NCBI GenBank assembly: GCA_904063045.1
Contig: CAJFCJ010000019.1
Location: 558,001-622,000, forward strand
Origin: Dimorphilus gyrociliatus
Taxonomy: Eukaryota; Animalia; Annelida
Direction: 5' to 3'
Length of the DNA: 64,000 nt
The notes under the pieces are model-generated. The model saw only the letters and a list, made by a program, of their open reading frames with translations, did no database searches and had not been told where the DNA came from. Both the position numbers and the translations under genes were made by a program. Below, piece after piece: positions 49,085-60,274 of this stretch (positions are counted from its first letter, which is position 1; each line of letters begins with the position of its first letter).

Positions 49085-52000
49085 ATGAATCTCATCTTAT
49101 GGACGTTTGCCCTTTCGCAAGTCTTTTATCCTACATTCTCGAATCTTATCAAATGTCCTGCCGGAAAAACGGCATGTCCTGAGCAAGCTTCATGTTGCAA
49201 AGATTCTAATGGTCAATATACTAGATGTTGTCCATTTCTCCAGGTATGTATCAAATCATTATCTTGAAAATTTAATAACGATGCATTTAGATATATTTGT
49301 TTGTATAAGAACATTCTCCAAGTTCCTGGAAATAGATAACATTTTCCATGTCTAATATAATTTTTACGAAATACAATAACTAGGATTTTACGAAGAAAAA
49401 AAATTCTCAAACATTAATCTCAAGCATTCTATGACCTCAATCGTTTTTTTTTAGGGTGTTTGCTGTCAGAATGCATTTTGTTGCCCTAGTGGAGCGGAAT
49501 GTAGAAAGGATTTCTGTTACCTAACCTCTTTTCAACAAAAGATTCCCCTAAGAGAAACCATAGAATCTATAGTTGTCCTTCAGAATGAAAAAGATAAAGA
49601 TAATGAAGTAACGAATATTTCCGACGAAATTTGTCCGGACAATTCGACTTATTGTCCCGGTTCTGATACATGCTGCATCAGCTTTTTCGGATACGGTTGT
49701 TGCCCTCTGCCGAAGGTTGTTATTTTTTATTATTTTTATGCAATGTAAAAATGATCATCTAATGCATAATTCTTACGGAGCCTTAATTATAATGTAGGGT
49801 GTTTGCTGTTCTGATAGAAAAACTTGTTGCCCCCATGGAATGAAATGTTCGAAGGATGGATGTATATCGCCAGGTTTAGGTTTCGTATTTAATTCGCTTG
49901 CTTCGTCAGCTTATTTTATTATACTAACTGATATTTTAGACAAGGAAGCTTTTACTTTAAATAAAATTCCGATAAGAAAGGGTAGGATCTCAAGTGTGAT
50001 TTGCCCTGATGAAGAAACTAAGTGTCCCTCAGGTATCCTTGTCACATAGTGTTTTCAAAAAGTTTATACAGTCTTTCTTAATAGGACAAACATGCTGTCC
50101 TCTAAGAGGGGGAGGTTTTGGTTGTTGTCACTTTGCTCAAGCACAGTGCTGTAGTGACGGAGCTCATTGCTGTCCACACAATTTCAAATGCGATTTAAAG
50201 GTAGCAATACAATAAACAGAATGATTGCTATAAAAATGCTAAAATCCTAAACTGTTTACAGAGGGGTGCCTGTATACCATCATCTGATCAGCAACCTTCT
50301 TCGCCCTTATTACAAATAGACGGGAAATCAGAATGCTCTAAAGGTCAAACAATGTGCCGAACTTCTCAAGGAGAGAAGTGCTGCCCTCTATCGAATGCTG
50401 TTTGCTGTACGAACGGTAAAAACTGCTGTCCCAGTGGGTTTTCCTGTGATGAGTCGGGTTCTTGTTTGGATGACGGTTTAAGCCTTGGAAAAAAACACTA
50501 CCTGTTAGGAATATCGGAGAAACCTCCTCATTACTGCCCAGAAATATGGAAAAAAATGAAAATATGCTCTCCCACTCAAACCTGCTGCTTACATAAAGAT
50601 GGTTCTTATGCGTGTTGTGGTTTTAAGAATGCTATTTGTTGTCCAGACTATTTACATTGTTGCCCTCAAGGGCAAGTTTGCGACGCTAAGCAATTTAAAT
50701 GTAAAAGTAAAGATGGAGCAACTGCTTTATTGAGTTTACTTAAGAGCCCTTCATTGAAAGAAGAACCAAAGGAGGAGCCAAAAGAGGAGTCAAAAGAGGA
50801 GCCTGAAGCAGGTATGCTGATAACTTTTTTAATTATCATTCCTAATTAGTAAAAAAAAATTACAATATTATTAATTAAAGCACATAAAGAAATTTTTTTT
50901 GTCCCCTGCAGAGACTGCTCTTAAGTTTCAAAGTCAGATGAATAGGATGGTAATATGCCCAAATCCACAATATAAATGCCCACCAGACACGACCTGTTGT
51001 AGAACAATATCTGGAGACTATGGATGCTGTCCTTATAAATTTGCAGTTTGTTGCTCAGATAAAGAACATTGTTGTCCTCAGAATTACAGATGTGATTTAA
51101 GCAAGATGCAATGCATTCATCATAAATCAAATCATCAGTTGAAGATGAGAAGAATCGACGGTAAGGAGGATGAGGAGGTGAAATGCCAAAAAGGAGAAAC
51201 ATGTTGTAGAAAGGCAAACGGAAAAATCTCTAAATGTCCAATACCTAACGTAAGAATATTACGAGCTATTTGAAATATTTCCTTATATTTAAATTTATTA
51301 ATCTACTCTTTCTTCAGGCTGTATGCTGTCCGGACATCGGCTGTTGTCCCTCGTCCTTTAAGTGCGATAAGCAACTTTGTACAAAATTGATGCAATTTCC
51401 AGTGGCTATAGGCAAAAATATTCCTAGTAAACCAATACCTTTCGAAAGAGATCAAAGAACTGCTGTTCTATGCCCTGGCTGGAAACAATTTTGTTCTGAG
51501 GGGTCGACTTGCTGTCGCACCGAAAAGGATCAGTTCAGTTGTTGCCCATTGAAAAAGGTAAGTTTCAAGGATGATGGATATAAATAAAAAAAACTTATTA
51601 AATAGCTTTTTCCTTTTCTACATATTTTCAAATTATACTATGACCTACATAGGGGGTATGTTGCAAATGGGGACACTGTTGTCCTACCAACTCCACTTGT
51701 GTTGAAAAGGGATGCTCAAAAGAAAAACATGTTAAAGTTAAACGACCTTATAACTGGACTCCTTCACCACTCACTGACCCTCCTATTATCAAATGTCCAG
51801 ATAACAAGTCCGAATGTCCTCAGGGAGATACCTGTTGTCTCATTAGACCAAATGTTTACGGTTGTTGTAATGGAGTGGATGTGAGTATTATAGATAATAA
51901 TACATTACTGAATATCCATTTAAACGGACCACAAGGAATAAATTTAGAGATAGATGTAGTAATACTGACGCATTACAAGCGATATATTACTGCACCAAAA

Positions 52001-52489
52001 TGCTTGTTTTTTTTATCTAAAAACGCTTAACACTAATATTTTTACAGGCGGTTTGCTGCAAGGACAAGCTACGCTGCTGTCCGAAGGGAAATGTATGCAC
52101 AAACACATCTTGCGCAAAGCAAAAAGATAATATAGTTGATAAAATTGCCCACTTTCCATTGTATGAACCAAAGGAGTTAACTAATACGGCCTACTTTGAT
52201 GGTGCCATCAGACTCGCCTGCCCTAATAGCTATACTGTCTGCCGGGAACGCTACTGCTGTCCTTATGAGCAGGTTAGGTTCCATCAATTATTTTTTTTAC
52301 AGATCTCTTAATGAGTTAAAAGAAAATTTAATAATGCCATATCATTTTACACTTTTTTCTTAGGGAGTTTGCTGCGAAAATTCAACCTATTGTTGCCCGA
52401 ACCAAACAAGCTGTGATGTAGCGAATAAAACGTGTTTAACTACACCTAAAGAGATTACGTTACCCATTAAAAAATATCTAAACCCGTAA
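49085..52489 (+). CDS. GRN: Progranulin, about 10 granulin modules, multi-exon
   Basis: Signal peptide MNLILWTFALSQVF; repeated C-x5/6-C-x5-CC-x7/8-CC-x6-CC-x5-CC-x5-C-x5/6-C modules (e.g. CPNPQYKCPPDTTCCRTISGDYGCCPYKFAVCCSDKEHCCPQNYRCDLSKMQC); phase-0 introns often split modules in half. Confidence 0.95.
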
Positions 52490-53820
52490 CACTAGTAAAG
52501 AAATTGTTTCTTTTTTTTAATTACCTATTTAAGCTCAAAGCTAATATAATAAACCATTTCCTAACAAAGAAAGAGTTTAGTTTGTTCCTCTACTTAATAT
52601 TGATTGTTGAAACGAGACAGAAAAACTTTATTATTGTGGTATATTTCTAGTTTTTCTCCAGCTTCGAGAGTTCCTACTCATACTTCAAAAGAGGCTTTTT
52701 ATAAATGATCTTATTTCAAAGATGCTGAAACTCATCTTCTAAAGATGCAGTTTACCCTAACTCATATTATACTACAGACTCTTGCTTTCAGATATTCGAC
52801 GTCTATTCTTAGTTAATAATTTAAAGTACAAATAGACTCTTCAAAAGAAGAATATACGTATAAATGTTTGTTTCTTTTTTTTTATTCCAATATAATATTA
52901 CAGAGCAGATCAATTATGAATATTAACTAACAGAATATATTTATAATTTATTCAATAAGTACACTTTTTTTGTTCTCCAAGTTTGTCTCTCTTTTTTATT
53001 CTTTCTTTAAACTAATCAACAACTAGTTTCCTTTCTCTATAGCTTTCTAATGTTCTTTATCTATTGATATATATATACAGTATATATATTTATAGAAATA
53101 TTTTTACTTATAAAGAATAAAGTACTTTCTCCTGTCTGTGTTTTTACTGATAAAAAGAGATCTTACCATCAATAATTGGAACCAAAAAACAAAAAATTAT
53201 CGATTGCGTCTATTTTTAGATCAATTTTTATTTAATTAAACCTTTTTGTATAGAACTTTTATAAAGTAGTATTTTATTGTTATATATACTTATTTTTATA
53301 CTCGAATTTCTAGGAATTCCATATTCCCCCCCCCCCGCCTTTCTATTCAGGACATTTAGATTTCCGGTTCAATTCGTAGCTAATTCTTACATGAAATATC
53401 ATGCTTTATATGAAAATCTTTGGCAATTTTTACTGGTGGTGGAATAGGTTTTATAGTATATTGTAGATATTTTGGCTATAAATGACAAAATCATTCGGAC
53501 AAACAAAACGAACGATAGTTATTTATAGTTCCAATTTTTTTTTATATAATATGGTCTCCAAGTAGAGATCATAATATTTCATAAGAATATTACATTTATC
53601 TCATAGAGTACAGTTTTCATTAAGTGCAACTAAGAGATTGGAGAACTTGTTAAAAAAATTTTTTTTTGTGCTATTCCAGAGTAAAAAGTAAAAAAAACGC
53701 TTTGACAAACCCGTCACAAGTAGGTTTTTATAGTCGTGATATATGCGTGGTTTGTGTTTGTGTATTTGTTTGTTTACTTGTCTACCAGTGTGTTTGTGAT
53801 AGTTTTACAACGTTTTTTCT

Positions 53821-54027
53821 CCTCCTTCATTGTCTACCTTAGGGAATGCTGAGTCATTTCACAGCTATTTTTATAATGAAATTCAACTCGGTGAAATTTA
53901 TTAGCTGGAGGACAGATTGAAGAAGCAGTGAAGCATTTATAGCAGCGTTTTAGCTATCTATACAAATCCACAAGAATTGTTGCTAAATTTGCTTCAAATT
54001 ATTACTGTATCTACAATACTGAAGTGA
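53821..54027 (+). pseudogene. Disrupted fragment of a TOM20-like gene
   Basis: Three frames read PPSLSTLGNAESFHSYFYNEIQLGE / LLAGGQIEEAVKHL / LAIYTNPQELLLNL, like TOM20 FFLEEIQLGEELLAQG..HL..AI..QPQQLL; frameshifts near 53898 and 53940 with TAG at 53902 and 53940. Confidence 0.6.
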
Positions 54028-54385
54028 ATAATGTGATAAGCTTAATTTGATTAAAAAGCTACTTTTAATATTTGTTATCTTGGGCTATACAAAGAATATA
54101 AGGCAGTATGATGTCTTGTTCTACATCTAGTACTGTAGGTTTTGAATGATGTAGGGTAATTAAGTTGAAGAACCTGATTATTATTTTTATCAATATATTA
54201 ATATCTCGCCAATTTGAACTTTGTCATCCTTATTGGATTGAAGTCTTCTACAAGTTACTTTGGTCTTTTGACATTTTAATTAATTTATCCGATAACTTAA
54301 AATCACGTGATTAAAATCTGATAAAATAATGTGACTCTATAACATTTATTCGATAAGGACACTTCAGGATTAAACACCGTTCAAA

Positions 54386-55082
54386 ATGAATGTAATAATT
54401 CCGGTTGACGGAAGCGAACGATCGGAATCAGCACTTGACTGTAAGTTTAATGAAATATTATATACAAAAAATGAGTAAAAATGGGTTGGGTCAATAAACA
54501 ATTATCTAAAAAGCAAAAAATCTATCATCATCATAGGGTACAAAACCCACGCACATATGGAAGCGAATACTGTATGGCTTATTCACTGTGCTAAAATGCC
54601 TTCGCTAGACGCTGGTGGCGGTAAGACGGCTTACCCGTGCTTGAAATAGCTTAATTACGTTAAAATATAACTTGTTGATAGGCGAAGTATTCTTAACGGC
54701 CGACATGTATAGTAATGCGCTTCTAAAGCTTAAAGCAGAAGTAAAGAAGTACGAGGAGAAGTGTACTGAATTGTTGAAATCCAAAGGGGTAAAGTTGAAA
54801 GTGGATCTTATTGGAATTCTTTTCAAAGTCTAAATACTATAAAAACAAAGCGATTAACTGGTTTTGTTTCAGATTAACGGTCGGGTAAAAACATTCTTTA
54901 ATTCACGAGTGGGCGAAGTGATTGTGGAAGCCGCCAAGGAATTGAATGCTGGTTTAATAATCGTATCTAGCAGGGGTCACGGGAGCGTTCGTAGAGCTGT
55001 TTTAGGATCTGTTTGCGATTATCTTATTCACGAAGCTCCTTGCAATGTTGCTGTCCATATGGTAAAGAGCAGGGCACAATAA
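54386..55082 (+). CDS. Universal stress protein (USP domain), second copy, four exons
   Basis: MNVIIPVDGSERSESALD|WY, VWLIHC, VGEVIVEAAKELNAGLIIVSSRGHGSVRRAVLGSVCDYLIHEAPCNVAV. Confidence 0.92.
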
Positions 55083-55814
55083 TTCGTCACTGAGTTTAAT
55101 GACTATTAAATATATATATACTAATATATATGTAATTTGTTATAAATACTATAGATTTAAATAGATACATTGATATTTTATGAAATTTCCTTTTCAATAA
55201 TCAACTCTATTCTAGACGCTATTGGTTTCTATAACAAATCGTAAGGAAATTAATAGTATCCTCTTATTTCAAGGTCGAGGTTACAGATGGCGTCGTAAAA
55301 ATTCCTAATTGGGTAGGTGTCGCTAAGGGAGAAGGATGAAAAGTGACAAAATTAGCCTCGTTTTTGCGGCGTTCGCTTTGCATATATTTTTTTTACGAGT
55401 ATAAGCATGAGTCGAATGCTTTTTTTCTTTACTTCCACGTTAATTGCAGTGGAAAATTTCTTCGCATCCCTTAATTGATTCGATTACGGACCGTCTCTAA
55501 CCGTATTTGCAAGAAAAAATTTTGGATCTAAACGGATCTAACTGATAATTGATAGCGTGCTGCCGCATCGTATATATATACTAATAAAAAAAACGTCGAC
55601 ATAAAAAATTTTCAGCCAATTAAAAAAAAAACCTGCGTTATTGAACGTGTGCGCTTCATCGATCCTCCTGCAAGATTGTTCGGGATTGTTCTGTTTGAAA
55701 TAGTAAAAGGAACTAGGCCTATTCCATCATATCCTTTACTCTCTTTTTTACCCTTTCTCTCAATATATCTCTCTATCTCTATCTCTCTTCGTCTCTTTTT
55801 ATACACAAACATAC

Positions 55815-55938
55815 AGTATATACAGTGTACATATAGTGTTCAGTATATATATTAGTATATATATATATATATATATATATACTGTGTGTACATTATACAG
55901 TGTATATATTGGTATATATATATATATATATATATATA
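55815..55938. repeat. (TA)n-rich microsatellite block with interspersed CAGTATATA units
   Basis: Read directly. Confidence 0.9.
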
Positions 55939-56870
55939 TCTCGCTGTGTCCCTCTGCTTCTCTCGCTATCTGTCTTTATCTCCACTCTCATCTCTTGATA
56001 CTATCTTCATACTTTACAGCAATCATAGACATAAAAACTGCGATTCTGATAATCTCTTCTTATCATTATCATGGAAAAGAGGGAAAATTGCAAGTAGTTA
56101 GGGTGGTGATAGCCGTAAGTACTCATAACAATCACATTTAGACGAGTGACGCTAAGCGTCATGTGACGCTCAGTTCAAACGCAGAGACGCCCTTTTGCAG
56201 AAGCCGTCTAACGTCGTTCGACGTCGTTCTGTCCGTACTCAATTACGTCTATAAACTATACTTGAGAGGATATACAAACGAATCCGAATTGAGGATTATC
56301 GGCGTATTGGTTGCTTGTATAATATTTACAGGTATATTATTCATGACGCGATCCGATTAATTCTATATAAATAAGCGATTAGCGAGTTACTCGCTGAGAA
56401 TTAAATCTTCAAAATAAGAGAAAACGAGTATATCTTCTGATTATAGAATATGCTAAATCTATAACCAAAGCTTTTAAGCAACGAAATAAGTGACAAACAG
56501 TTAAAAACGATTTTATCGACGGCTTGAAAGAAGAAGAGAAAGGCCGGTCAACACGACATTCCGGCGCAATTCGAACGTGACCGCGAATATTTTACAGTTT
56601 TTTTTTTATCAATTCTCAGCGTCTACCACGAAATAAAACGTGCTATTAACGAGATGGAAGTTTTCTGTTAATAGACCACACCTTGAAATTGGAAGCCGAT
56701 CACGTGACTAGAGCCGAGAGCGCGCATTTTCTCCAATCCAATCAATCGTTGCCGCCGGCCAATTCGAACGCCTTGAGAAGCGCGCAGCTGCGAAAGTTCT
56801 ACTGTAAATCGATTTAGAAAAGTTTACGTTAGTCTCGCGTTCGGACAGATTCGACGAGAATGAAAAAGAA

Positions 56871-58909
56871 ATGTGGATTATCACGATCGCCGTCATGATA
56901 CTCTCCGTCTTCCACCTGACGTTGGGTTTGGGCAGTGTTTGCGTAGGAATTATTGCAAGTATTCAAGGTGTTTATACCTTTTCAATTTTTCAATAATATT
57001 CTTTCTTTCTACTATAAATAAATAAGTGACTTCTAGTTATGAGTTCCTTTTATTGTAAAATAACAGCGGAAGTATGGTTGGCCCATACCGTTTCACCGAT
57101 TTGGAGCGGTTCTTTCGTAAGTAACGACTTTTTCTTTCTACAAGCCTATTTCACCCTAAATAGACTTCTAAAATAAGCCTAGATTTCTGTTATATACCCA
57201 TTATACAAGCAGAGAAAATGCTTTAGAATGTTACAAACGACGCTCACCGAATTAATTACAGACGAAAAAAGCAGGCGCGTTCGATAAAAGCGAACGAGAT
57301 TATTGCCAAGATGATAAAGCGCACGCAAAAAAAAAACTCTAATCGAATCTAGTTGAATAATCGAATCATATTTGATAACTGCTTAAAACTTACGTTAAAT
57401 GTCAGAGAGAGAATGAAATGAGAAGTCAAAAAAAAAACGAAAGAAAGAAATTCGATTTCCGACGGAGTGAAAAATGACGAGCGCCTACCAGCGTTCTGGG
57501 AGACGCCTGAACCCTGATGATCTCAGGCATCTCGCGGCGTCTCGTTAGCGTCTATGCTTCTGAAGACGTCAAGCAGGCATGATGCGTTTCGCATATTTGC
57601 GGTAAACGAAAGATAAGCAACTGCAACACTGAGCCTAAAGCGCGGTACGGATAATCAGCCTTTGCAGTAGCTTCGGGACAGCAATGCGATAATGAAAAGG
57701 AAGCGTAAAAAAGAATAAATCGATATGCATATTTTTCTTAGGTCGATGACAAAAAAGAAAGGAAAAAAAAAAAAAAAAGACAGAAAGAGACGAACGTCGT
57801 AAAGATTTGTAGTTTTACTGCTTTCGACCTATATATCAATTACATTAGCGCTGCGAGAAAGTAGTGCAAAGAGACGCGAGTGATGAGAGCTAAATACTGC
57901 AATTAACCCTAACGACGTTGTTGCTTTGAACAGTTTTCAATTTCGATTTCCTGTTTTTTAGTGGTGCTTTACCGGAATTCTAGGCTTCGCCTGCTGTAAA
58001 AGGAAGACTGCGTATGTGGTAAGTGCCTTAGTAATTTTTCCACTATCGATCAGATGGTTTCCGAAGCGTCCGCCGAATTCTTGCAAAGGACGTTGACGTA
58101 TGTTCTCGATAAATTTGCTCGAATCTCGGGGGCGTTTCGGCCGGAACAGTGTAATCTGGCGCCCACCGATAAATGAGCACTGTTGGGAGAGACGCCACTT
58201 CCCACCGGACGTGATGCGGCCAGTTAGGCGAGTGTTTAAACTGAAACGACTGAGTAATCGAATTAAATATCTCTGATTCTTACAACGTTTTCTTCCAGTA
58301 GAGACGCTCGACAACGCTGCAATCAAAGTCGGATTACGCGCTTACTAAACTAATAAACGCTTGCGTATGTAATTCGATAGAGCTTTTTCGCCCAAACGAC
58401 AAGCGTAGACAAACTATAAGTAAACAGGACGGTAGTCTGAACAGTGAATGATTTATCGATGTCCAGAATCGATTTGTACTCTTTTTTCTTGTTTTTATTT
58501 TAAACAGATCATGTGCTTTACGGCATTTTCGGTCGTCTCTCTTGTTGTTGCCATTGTATCCATCCAACTACTACGATTAGGCCTAGTCAATCAGACTACG
58601 GACGGTAACGTCTATGCGAAACCAACTAAGGACGCCCTCATCATAGTGGCCTTAGGCCTAGCTGGCTCCGAAAGTCTGATTTGTTTAATAACTGCATTCG
58701 TCAGTTGCCGATTGGCTAGGGCAGCGAAGAAAGAAATTTATAGAAGACGAGAAGGAACATTCCATGTTCAGGTAGTAGGCGATAAGGATATAGTTGTTGT
58801 TAATAAGAAGGAGAAGAAAAAGATTGCCCTGCTAGGCACAAGTAGTGGGGGTCAAAACGGTGTTGAAAACCTCGTCGGGGGCCGAGTCCAGAAAACAACT
58901 GTTTTATGA
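56871..58909 (+). CDS. Four-TM protein of the CD20/MS4A-like clan, TMEM196-like. Approximate exons 56871-56967, 57067-57116, 57961-58017, 58508-58909
   Basis: Spliced MWIITIAVMILSVFHLTLGLGSVCVGIIASIQ|AEVWLAHTVSPIWSGSF|WCFTGILGFACCKRKTAYV|IMCFTAFSVVSLVVAIVSIQLLR..SCRLAR; SP(I/V)WSG and CRLA match recalled TMEM196 features. Confidence 0.75.
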
Positions 58910-59469
58910 GAGTTTATAGGCTTTTAACTTCGACCGCCGTCTCCTTTCAAGACGCCTAATTAGCTAGAAATCCTTTTATAAGTGCGTCATTGAAAAACTC
59001 TATAACAAACTATTCAAGCACGTTTCTATAATAAGTACGTTCCACTCTCTGCTATTATCATGATTTATACGACAAACAACGTCGTAGCTTTCTATATTGC
59101 TCTCTTTGCATGATCACGATCGTCGTTTATCTACTTTATACTGTACATGTGAATTTATCCATAAAATGTAAACTATATCTTTTATGTGTACATGTAATTT
59201 TAGTATTTTGCATGTTTTGTTACCATCTTTTGCGAAGAAAAACAAAAAACAGGGAAAAAAAACAAAGACCGTAGATATATCGACAAAGTGCAAATACCTA
59301 GAAAATACAACGCCCTGTAATAATAGGCCTACATCGAGCAGACGCATGTTTTCTCCAACGATTCTCTATACATCTTCTCGGTTTGTATCAAATTTCTTTC
59401 GCGTGCAATCGAAGAGCGTCTATAAAATATCGAGGTAATATATTGAAACTTTTAACACACCGTTTTCAG

Positions 59470-60225
59470 GAAAACGGAATCAAATTGTTCAAAGATCTAT
59501 TCAAGCGGAAAAAATCGAAACGAAACGGAAAGGTTGCTGATAGAGCCGATATCGAAATCCGGGTATTAGACGAAGAGGGTCACGCAATCAAGACTGAAGG
59601 TCCCGAAGGAAGTGAGAATTATCAATTTCCTTTATTGGTTATACCTAAGGAAGATGTTCAGCGCCCTCACTATTTGGATTATGATGAAGATCTGACGTTA
59701 GAAGAGGAAATCACGTCGAACCTATTTCGCGTCAAATCTACTCGCGGATGTTCACTATCGCTAGAAAATAACAACGCTTCAAAACCGATCGAAACGTCTT
59801 CGTTACAGGATTACAATCATATAGTTGAGACGATGAAGGCGGTTATTCAGGGCGAAATGGAAAAACAAGAAAATAGAGTCGATCGGATTAAACAAGAGGA
59901 ATTATCGCCTACTAACGTAACTACTATAGCCGAAATTCATCGAACGTATGATACGGCTAAATCATCCGCTCCGCCATCGCCTACTCTATCTTTAGACGCC
60001 ACCCTGAAAAAAGCCAGCTGTTGCGAAAGAAAATTATGCAACAGGGTAAAATACAAAATCCGTATAAGCAAGATTAAAGGGTGGGATAATGAAAGAAAAA
60101 AATCGAAGCAGACGAGACCATCTTCCTGCAGAAGACGGTACTCAAAAAGAATTATCCAACAAACGTCAGATGATGACAAACAGACCGTTCACTTTTCTAA
60201 TTCTTTAAAAGTCAGTCAAGTATGA
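59470..60225 (+). CDS. Unassigned hydrophilic coding exon (~250 aa) with no clear local start codon
   Basis: Open frame 59302-60225 that is long for AT-rich DNA; acceptor cgttttcag at 59461-59469; no family recognised. Confidence 0.55.
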   Translation, partial: ENGIKLFKDLFKRKKSKRNGKVADRADIEIRVLDEEGHAIKTEGPEGSENYQFPLLVIPKEDVQRPHYLDYDEDLTLEEEITSNLFRVKSTRGCSLSLENNNASKPIETSSLQDYNHIVETMKAVIQGEMEKQENRVDRIKQEELSPTNVTTIAEIHRTYDTAKSSAPPSPTLSLDATLKKASCCERKLCNRVKYKIRISKIKGWDNERKKSKQTRPSSCRRRYSKRIIQQTSDDDKQTVHFSNSLKVSQV

Positions 60226-60274
60226 AAAGAGAAAGGCAGAGAAATCTTATCGTCAATATACAATAACGACGCCA

